The position numbers were made by a program, and so were the translations under genes. A stretch of DNA of 64,000 bases from Histomonas meleagridis 2922-C6/04-290x (Eukaryota; Protista; Parabasalia): assembly GCA_020184695.1 (NCBI GenBank), contig JAANOX010000238.1, forward strand, positions 62,001-126,000, in the 5' to 3' direction. The stretch's first letter is position 1; each line of letters opens with the position of its first letter. Positions 46,428 through 55,446 of the stretch are shown one piece after another. The notes under the pieces are model-generated. The model saw only the letters and a list, made by a program, of their open reading frames with translations, made no database searches and had not been told where the DNA came from.

Positions 46428-48983
46428 TTAATATCCTTTTTCCTTCATTAGTTTGGATATTTCAGCATTTTTTGATGCTTTTGATTGCTCATCAACTTCA
46501 ATACCTTTTTGTTCCAGAAGCAATTGTACGATTTTAGCATTACCATGAGTACAAGCAAACATTAGTGCTGTATTAAATTATATTTAGAAATTCCAAATAA
46601 TAAAATTTAACATTTTATATTCAAAACAAACTTTGATTAAAAGAAATAAACAGATTTTGCGTTGAAATCGATTCCTTCTTTTTCAAGAAGTAATTTAACA
46701 GTTTCAAAATGACTATTTCTACATGCATACATCAAAGCTGTCCAAAATTATATTCACAAAATCCGAAAAATTAAAAGAAATATCAAATAAAATCAATAAA
46801 CATTATTAAAATATTTGAAACATTTTTTGCATTTACATCAATTTCTTTATTTTGAAGAAGTAATTCAACAATTTCATTATATCCTTCTTTCGATGCATAA
46901 ATTAATGCTGACCAAAACATTTATATTAAACACCATAATAAAGCAAAAAACTCTAAAAAAATTAAATTAACATTAAACAAATCATATAAATATTTCGTGA
47001 ATTTACATCAATTTCTTTTCTTTCAAGAAGTAATTTAACAACTAAAGGACGATTATTATAACATGCATCCATAAGTGCTGTCCAAAGAAATTAAAAGAAA
47101 TTCCAAAACTAAAATATAAAAATCAAATAAATTAAATAAATAGCATAAAAAGAAAATTAATATTTCTCGCATTTATATCAATTTGTTTATGATTAAGAAG
47201 TAATTTTACAATTTCAATTCGACCTTTACCACATGTATATGCTAAAGCATTCCAAAATAAACCAAATAAACACCAAATTATAAAAATAAATACCAAATTA
47301 TAAAAAGTTAATCGAATTATAATATTTATACTGCTTCATTATTAACATTTATTCCTTCTTTCTCAAGAAGTAATTTAACTATTTCAGTATGACCATTTGA
47401 ACATGCGTGGAAAAGAGCAGTTATAAATACATCAATAAAACGCCATAAATAAAAACAAAACTCTAAAAAAATAAAAATTTATATTATATTTATAAAACAA
47501 ATATCTTCTTCATTAACATTAATTCCTTTTTGTGAAAGAAGTAATTCAGTGATTTGAATAAAACCATTATAACAAGCATAAATTAATGCTGTAAAAAACA
47601 ATTTGATTAAATTCCAAAAGCAAATTTAAAACTTTAATTGATAAAATTTAATATTAATTAAAAATAGAAAACATCTTTTTCATTTAAATCAATTCCTTCT
47701 CTCAAAACCAATTTTGCAATATCAAAAATATTATTTTTACAAGCATATATTAATGTTGTACAAAACATCAAATATAAATTCCAAACCTAAAAAGTAAACA
47801 CTAAATAAATTAAAATATCCATCAGATAAACTAAAAAAACATCTTTTGCATTAATATCAATATCTTTTTGTTCAAGAATGAAATTAATAAGTTCAAGATT
47901 TCTTGATTTAGCAGATTCTGTTAATATTTCTTTTGGCGCATTATAAGTTTCTAAGAAATATTTAACAACAAACAAATTTCCAATTTTTGCTGATTCAACA
48001 ATTAGTGAATTATGATCAATTTCTAATCCTTCTTCTTCCAAGAATAACAAAATATCATAGTTATTACACTCAATACATTTATTTGCTAAAACGTTCACAT
48101 CATTAATCTTTGAAATATGATTATTATAAAGATGATAAAAAATATCATTTCGATGGAATTCAATTGCTGTTTCATATGCACCATCGAAAGAAGATCCATT
48201 TTGTTCACATAAATGAATAATTTCTGGATTTCCTCCAGCAACAGCAAATTTTGCGGTGTTTTTAGTGCTTGAACCATTAATTAGTAAAAACCTAAAACAT
48301 TTAATTGCGCCAAAGAATGCGCAATAATCAATAAGAGAACTTCCAATTTTATTAATAAATGAACATCGCTCATAAAGTGATGGTTGAATTATTTGACTAA
48401 AATTAAAATTAGTTTGTGATGTTATTTCTTGAAGTTTTTTAACATCATCATTTCGAATGATTTGTGCAACTTCTAATGGATTAACTCCTTCATAAATATG
48501 CTTCTTATGAAGTGCCCATTCATCTTTTGAAAGTTCATCATAATGTTCAAAAAAGTCTTTTCCAAATGGAAAGAATCGAAGACGATTTATCTCATCTTTC
48601 GATTTGAAATGAGCAAAATATAACGATTGCCTATTTTCTACAAGTTTAGGATTAGCAAGGCCTAAGCGAATAACATTCTCAAGAAGATATTTTGACTCTT
48701 CTGTTGTTTTACTCAGAAGAAATTGACAAAAATATTGAAAAATGCCTTTAAGGGAATCATCAATTTCCTTTAAATAATCAAAATATATTTTTGCATCGTC
48801 AATTTTGGATACAAATGATGAATATATTAATTGACAAATAATGAGATTAAATGAATATTGATATTTCGGATTTACTAATTTAAGTGTCGATTGAGCTGAT
48901 TGTGATATGCTTTCATGGTTTAAATTAAAAATGATTTGAGTAAGTGACTGTAATAATTGAAATGATTCGCTTTCTTGGCTCAT
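46428..48983 (-). CDS. DUF3447-type ankyrin-repeat protein, 669 aa after removing 32 spacers (30 of 17 nt, 2 of 18 nt)
   Basis: Contiguous for 381 codons, then 8 four-spacer arrays alternating with stop-free 29-30-codon ankyrin modules. Ends EVDEQSKASKNAEISKLMKEKGY-stop. 2556-546=2010 nt = 670 codons. Confidence 0.85.
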
Positions 48984-49049
48984 CTCAATTTGCGATTCTG
49001 ATAAACGGTCGTTTTGTACGTCAAATTATAATTTATAATTATTATTATT

Positions 49050-49105
49050 ATAAGTATTATAATTATAATTTATTAATAATAATAATAATAATTATTATTA
49101 TTATA
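49050..49105. repeat. (ATT/AAT)n microsatellite-like tract
   Basis: Runs of ATT and AAT triplets upstream of the ankyrin gene. Confidence 0.7.
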
Positions 49106-49739
49106 AAAACGAAATTCCTTATTCATTAGTAAATAGCTTGATTGAAGGAAAATTTTAAAACTCTGTTACCATGTAAAATTGATTTCACAGCGAAACACAT
49201 GTTATTAGAGCTAACAGGGAAACTTATTAGCAAATTATTCATAGCAAACGTTTAACATGTTAAATCATAGCAAAATTACCAGTCGAAAAGAAACAAGATT
49301 TAAGTTCAATTAATATCATTTTTTCTAACACTTATAAAGATAATTCCAGATCATTTCTATGTTTTATTTATTTTTTTGTACCTTTATCAACAAGTAATTA
49401 TTTTCAGTTGTTGTCTTAAATATTATAAATAAGTTCCAAATATCAATTGAATTTTTTTGCGTGCAAATTTATAATAAATTCCTTACAACAACATTAAATG
49501 AATAAGGAAATTTTAAATTAATTATATTTCTTGTTTTCTGTATAAATAAATCATGACTTTTTTTCAGTTCAATTATTATATGTTCAAGTGATATAAGCAA
49601 TTCCATGTAGGCATCGAAATTTTCTCATAATTTTTTACTCCTAATAATTTTATAGCTGAGATACTGAAACAACATGAAACCTCAAAAATAATATTTATAT
49701 ATATACACGAAAAGTTACATTTTCTAAAGTTTATTTTTT

Positions 49740-50000
49740 AATGAATTTGCCAATAAGGGTTCTCCTAGCTTAAATCGGATGTTTCACTCGGAGTGTCATT
49801 ATAAAAAGAGTCCCCGTAAACATCTCTACGAAGATTTATTTGTATTGACTGAGTTATGACACATCAACTTGCTTGTATGGGTTTATTCTCACTGTGAAAA
49901 TATTGAAACATATTTATTGTAAAAGAAATTCTGGTTTCATTATGTTGTTTGAATTTGGTGATAAAGACATTTCCATTGTCATAAAAAATATTTTCAATAC
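49740..50000 (-). pseudogene. Possible protein kinase remnant
   Basis: PYKQVDV..S...EMFTG resembles kinase subdomain IX; contains stops. Confidence 0.3.
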
Positions 50001-50344
50001 TTTATCAATCTGAAATTTTTTTTTGTATGTTTTATGTAACCGCCATTTTATCGTCCTTACTTTTTAAATATACTTGGGAGGTTATTTGTAAATTTAATTA
50101 AAAAACTTAAGTTTCAAAATTTGAATGGAAATTGTTGTTTTGGCACGGAAATCAAAATGAAAATATTGGGAAAAATATTAAATAAAACCAAACAAATAAA
50201 AACCAAATCATCTTACACTAATAGGCAGTCAATAAAATAACTACAAAATGAAAATACACCATAAGTTATTAGGTGTTTTCAATTGGAATTTAAATTCAAT
50301 AGGTTATTGAATGGATGAATTCAAAATAAAGTTTTCAGGCTAGG

Positions 50345-51391
50345 ATGGATAAGGATGATTCAGACTTTTTCCGAGAGAAATTTGAAGAAGGAAAAGTCAT
50401 AAATCAATTCACAATTGTTAACCATATTGGCTCAGGAGGATATGGTGATATATATATGGTAAAAAGAGAAAATAATGTTTATGCAATGAAAATCGAATAT
50501 TTAGATGCAGAAAAGCAAGGCCTACATCAGGAGATCAAAATCTTAAACGATTTACAAGGGTCTCCTTATTTTCCAGTTTTTATTACAGATGGTTATTATG
50601 AAAATTTTCGCTATTACGTCATGGAACTTTTTGGTCCTTCCTTATCTCAAGCCCGTAGGGCAGCACCCAGCAGGAAATTCTCACTTAGCACAACACTGAA
50701 GTTATCAAATGAAATGCTTAATTGTATTGAAGAATTCCATAAACATGGCTATATCCATAGGGACATCAAGCCAGGAAATTTTCTTATACGACCTAATCGG
50801 GCTTTTCCTATCGGCCTTATTGATTTCGGACTATCTCAATCATATTGGATATCACCACACAACCACAAGCATATCAAATCGAACCCACAGGCAGGATTTA
50901 CCGGAACCTGTGGATACGCATCATTAAATGCTCATAACGGGAAACAACTTTCAAGACGCGATGATCTTTTTTCATGGTTTTTCTCTGTAATCGAACTTTC
51001 CGAGGGCCACGTCCCATGGCCAGGCAGCAAAGACGTAGAACTCACCATTAAACTTAAGAAGAAAAGTACACCACAAGAATTATGCCGATCACTCCCACCT
51101 CAATTTATCGAAATATACAAATATTTAAAAAGACTCGAGTTTAAAGAGGAGCCAAACTATCAATTCATCAGACAAATGATACAAAAAGCTATCAAAGAAC
51201 AGGATTATGATGACCCAAAATTCGATTGGGAATATTTCCCACCAGAAAAAATAGCAGAAATTTCATCAATTAGCTTAAAAATGAGTGGAGAAAAAGGTTC
51301 TAATCCATTAGATGACGATATCCTTAATGAACAGAATAATGAGCAAGAAATCGCTGGTGGTGGATGCACAGGTGGTTGCAATATTTATTAA
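50345..51391 (+). CDS. Casein kinase 1 family kinase
   Basis: IGSGGYG, MELFGPSL, HRDIKPGNF, LIDFGLS, GTCGYAS and SRRDDL motifs. Confidence 0.93.
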   Translation: MDKDDSDFFREKFEEGKVINQFTIVNHIGSGGYGDIYMVKRENNVYAMKIEYLDAEKQGLHQEIKILNDLQGSPYFPVFITDGYYENFRYYVMELFGPSLSQARRAAPSRKFSLSTTLKLSNEMLNCIEEFHKHGYIHRDIKPGNFLIRPNRAFPIGLIDFGLSQSYWISPHNHKHIKSNPQAGFTGTCGYASLNAHNGKQLSRRDDLFSWFFSVIELSEGHVPWPGSKDVELTIKLKKKSTPQELCRSLPPQFIEIYKYLKRLEFKEEPNYQFIRQMIQKAIKEQDYDDPKFDWEYFPPEKIAEISSISLKMSGEKGSNPLDDDILNEQNNEQEIAGGGCTGGCNIY

Positions 51392-51803
51392 TAAATTTGT
51401 TTTATTTCGGAATTTGTTTTTCATGAAAAACAACAAATATTTGCTGCGGTTATAATTGAAATATTTCTATAAATTATATTGAATTGTGTAACATTACAAC
51501 GCGTTGTAAAATTTATGACGCAGGTTGTAAAATTTGTTGATTGAAAAGGAAACTTAACGGAACTCAGGCGAAATATTATGAAGAAAGTACCAAAAGACGT
51601 TCTTTTAGATTAGTAGTTTTAAATCTACTTTTTTTCAAATTACTGTAGTCGCAGACTTTGTTGGTTGATGAAAAGCACTTTTGTCAATAAACGGTTTCCA
51701 TTACCTTTCAAAATATTCTATGCAATCATTCAATTAAAATGGAGGTAAATACACCACTTAACGATCATAACCGTTTCGATTTTGTACGACCAAAACTCTC
51801 AAG

Positions 51804-54803
51804 ATGCAAAACAATCTTCTCCAATTATATTTAGAATTAATTGATCCATCTCAATGTGAAAAAATTTCACTAATTTCACAAAGAATTATGGAATGTTACC
51901 AAAATCCAGAAAGTGTAATTCAGGTATTAAGTATATTAAAAGATGAATCAATTCCATTTGTTATAAGAGAGCACGCAGCACTAGCGTTGAGACAAGTAAT
52001 TAAAAATCATTGTGATATATTATTATCTGGTCAGTTAGGTATTTCATTATCAGATCTTGTTCAAATTTTAGCCCAAGAAAACAATACGTCAATAGCCAAT
52101 CATATTGTATTTTCATTAACTCCAATATTTGAGAGAACAGGTGAATCATGGGTTGAATTATTACAATTAATTTCGAATTTATTGTCAATTGATAATATCC
52201 AAAAAAGAATCATTGTTCTAAACTTGCTGGTTAACTTTCTTCCTTACACATCTCCACAGTATACAATTCAATCTCTTCAATCAGGTCTTGCCATGATAAT
52301 CATGCAATCACTTCAATCTAATAATCCTGAACTTGTTGTCCTTGGTTTTGGTCTTTTTTCTTCTCTTCAACAATCAGGCATTCCATCTGATCAATATTCC
52401 AAAGAATTTTCCGAGATTTACAAGATGATGATGCATCTTTATCTCTGTTTCTTACAATCAAATGACGCAAATGTTGCCAAAGCCACACAATATATGCAAT
52501 CTTCCATCCCATCAGAAGGACTTTTTGAATCACCTCAGAATATATTTAACGGTTTCATTGAAATCATTCAATCACCTAACATAGAAAATCATCTTCGAAC
52601 TCTTCCATTATTTCCAATTAAGCGTCTAATCAAACATTATGGCTCACAAGTTGAAGCATCATTTGGTGTAGCAATACCTATTTTCCTTCAAATTTCATCT
52701 GTATTATTCCAAGGCAATGGATATGAAAATGAAGAAGATTCACATTTTATATATTTCATATTTGATAAAATTGCGAAATCAACAAATGCCACAAATCTTA
52801 TAAAATTTTTATTGGAACTTTCTAATTCATCACCAGAACCACCACAATCATTTGCTGTATTATCAGCATTTCATGGAATTATTGGAATATGTGTTGAAGA
52901 AGTTGATTTTTATTTTGATGAAATTATGGCAATGATATTAACCAAAATTTCATTAAATAATATATCAATTATTGAGTTATCTTTTCATATATTACGATCA
53001 TTAGTTAAATATCATTCCAAATTATTTGTTAATTATGCCGAAAAAGTCATTGGAATTATATTACAATTTTGTAATAGTCAAAAAGAAGAACTTTCATATA
53101 CATCATTAGATTTATTAACATTAATATTATGTAAAGTTGAAGATGTATCAACTATAATACCCATTACAGATTTACTTGTTCAACTTATTAATTTTTATCA
53201 AGTTTCAAGAATAACATTAAAACATCAAATTATGTATGCAATTTCAGGTATCATAATATCATGTAAAGAAGATAGTAAACAATATGCAGGAATGATCTTA
53301 AATATTATATGGGAAGGTTGTCAATTAAATAATGAAGAAAATAACGAAGCTCGTTATGCATGTATTGAAGCGTTATGTAACTTATTAATATTTGCTACTG
53401 AAGAATGTAAAAATATTTATGATGCATCAATTCAATTATTCTTTTCATTATCGAATAATGATAATAATGATTTACAATTAAGAGATATATCATTAAAATC
53501 TATTATTAGTTTATTAAGATTTAAAGATGAATTTAATCAACAATTTTATGAATCTGCAATGAATAATGCTATTAATGCAATCCATACTCCTTTTGATGAG
53601 GATTCTGATCTTTATACTGAAATTGATTTAAATCATGATTTAATCATCGATGGATTTCAAATCATTTATGAAATTATAAAGAAATTAAAACAAGCAATTG
53701 AACCTATGTGTAATCAATTAATAATTATTTTCCAGAAATTTAATGAATTTAATTCATATGAAATATTTACTTATTTCATACGTACATCAACAAAATTTTA
53801 TTCGATTTTCCCTCAAATTGATACAAATATAATTGATCAACTTCAAAATATTATAATGGAAAGTAAAGAAGAAAAAAGAGTTCGAATAAGTTTCAAATGT
53901 TATAATAAATTATTTAATTCGAATCATCCAAAAGCATTAGAAAAATGTAATGAATTTTTAGAATTATGTTTTCAAGGTCTTTTACGTAAATTACGATTTC
54001 AAATCAATTATAAATATAATTATAAAACAATGCAATCAATTCATGATATAATCTGTTCAATGTTTAAGTTTAACATTGTACAATTTCCTTCAAATACATT
54101 TTTCCAAATATTTATGAATATTTTGCCGAATATTAATGACACAGAAATATATCAATTCTTTTCAACGTTTGCATTATATGTAAATGTTGGTGGAGAAATC
54201 GATAAAATATTTATCCAATTATGTGTATCTAAACTTCAAACAATGAATTTCTCATTATTACCTGAACCAATATATTTCTTTCGTGTATTAATCCGTGAAA
54301 GACTTCAATCAGTCATCGAATATATACCATTTTATTTACAAGAATTTTGTCCAAAAATTTTAAGCGTTGAACCTAATGGTAAATATTATTGGGAAACTAT
54401 TACTAATGTTTGTTCTTCTTTACTCGATTTATATATAAATTCTCCAAATTTAGTATCATTACCACAAATTCTTCAATTTATTTCTGATAAATTACCAGTG
54501 AAAGGTGATTATAGTGAAGGAGATTTTATATATAAAACATTGTTGGTAATAATTCAGAAACATCCAAAAGAAATTATTCAAGTAATACCTCAGTTAGTTG
54601 TCGGATTCATTAAAACTTTAGCGTTGGAAGAAGTGAAATTTAAAAAATATAAATTCCCAAATGATACTTTAATGAATATGATAGCGTTTGTTAGAACAGT
54701 TTTAAATAATTTACCACAAATGCAACAACAAATACCATTAATATTAAATAATGATGAAATTAGAATGAAAAGATTCTTAGAAAGATACCAAATGTTTCAA
54801 TAA
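51804..54803 (+). CDS. Karyopherin-beta/importin-like HEAT-repeat protein
   Basis: 999 aa helical ORF with an IBN_N-like N-terminus (IREHAALALRQVIKNH). Confidence 0.7.
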   Translation: MQNNLLQLYLELIDPSQCEKISLISQRIMECYQNPESVIQVLSILKDESIPFVIREHAALALRQVIKNHCDILLSGQLGISLSDLVQILAQENNTSIANHIVFSLTPIFERTGESWVELLQLISNLLSIDNIQKRIIVLNLLVNFLPYTSPQYTIQSLQSGLAMIIMQSLQSNNPELVVLGFGLFSSLQQSGIPSDQYSKEFSEIYKMMMHLYLCFLQSNDANVAKATQYMQSSIPSEGLFESPQNIFNGFIEIIQSPNIENHLRTLPLFPIKRLIKHYGSQVEASFGVAIPIFLQISSVLFQGNGYENEEDSHFIYFIFDKIAKSTNATNLIKFLLELSNSSPEPPQSFAVLSAFHGIIGICVEEVDFYFDEIMAMILTKISLNNISIIELSFHILRSLVKYHSKLFVNYAEKVIGIILQFCNSQKEELSYTSLDLLTLILCKVEDVSTIIPITDLLVQLINFYQVSRITLKHQIMYAISGIIISCKEDSKQYAGMILNIIWEGCQLNNEENNEARYACIEALCNLLIFATEECKNIYDASIQLFFSLSNNDNNDLQLRDISLKSIISLLRFKDEFNQQFYESAMNNAINAIHTPFDEDSDLYTEIDLNHDLIIDGFQIIYEIIKKLKQAIEPMCNQLIIIFQKFNEFNSYEIFTYFIRTSTKFYSIFPQIDTNIIDQLQNIIMESKEEKRVRISFKCYNKLFNSNHPKALEKCNEFLELCFQGLLRKLRFQINYKYNYKTMQSIHDIICSMFKFNIVQFPSNTFFQIFMNILPNINDTEIYQFFSTFALYVNVGGEIDKIFIQLCVSKLQTMNFSLLPEPIYFFRVLIRERLQSVIEYIPFYLQEFCPKILSVEPNGKYYWETITNVCSSLLDLYINSPNLVSLPQILQFISDKLPVKGDYSEGDFIYKTLLVIIQKHPKEIIQVIPQLVVGFIKTLALEEVKFKKYKFPNDTLMNMIAFVRTVLNNLPQMQQQIPLILNNDEIRMKRFLERYQMFQ

Positions 54804-55446
54804 AATAATGTTTTTATATATTAAATTTAATAAATAAAGAAAAATTTGACTGTGATAATATATTTCATGTCAATGTGTATAAAAAAAAAGTTTCATGTGC
54901 TTACTGATCAAGAAGGTGTAATGACATTACGTTTCTACACTTGTTAACATATTCAGAGCCCAAAAACATAAAAGATCCTTTTTTTGAGATTCTTATTTTA
55001 TATTTACATTTATTGAGTCTGTTCATCAGTCAAAGGTTTCCTTTATAATAAGTTTTTATATTATATATTAATTATGTTATACATATTTTGTGTGTGGAGA
55101 TTTGGTTGAATTGTGTTTAATCATTTCTATATTAAGATATTTATATTTTTTTTTAATTTTTAATTCAAAATGGTCGACTTTTAAAAGTCGACTTTTTTTT
55201 GATGTTTGCCTTAATTTTGTTTATATCATCAATAATATTGATAACGCATTTTATTTGATGGGTTTCTTGATTTTTTATTTTTATAACTTCTATGTGATGT
55301 TGACATTTTTTTCTTGTTTCATAAAGCAAAAAAGTAAAACTTTTTGATTTTTTAATTTTTGAATGAATACCGTTTACTTGCACTTTTTATTAACGATTAT
55401 ATTTGGTATAAAAATTGTGAAGAATTGAAATGGCTCATTTTTCCAC

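Noticed and set aside
46572-47840. Classical matched-codon ribosomal bypassing (T4 gene 60/byps type)
   Set aside because: Take-off codons (GAT, AAT, GGA etc.) do not match the triplet before each resume site, which is mostly TTT. A non-classical hop is not excluded.
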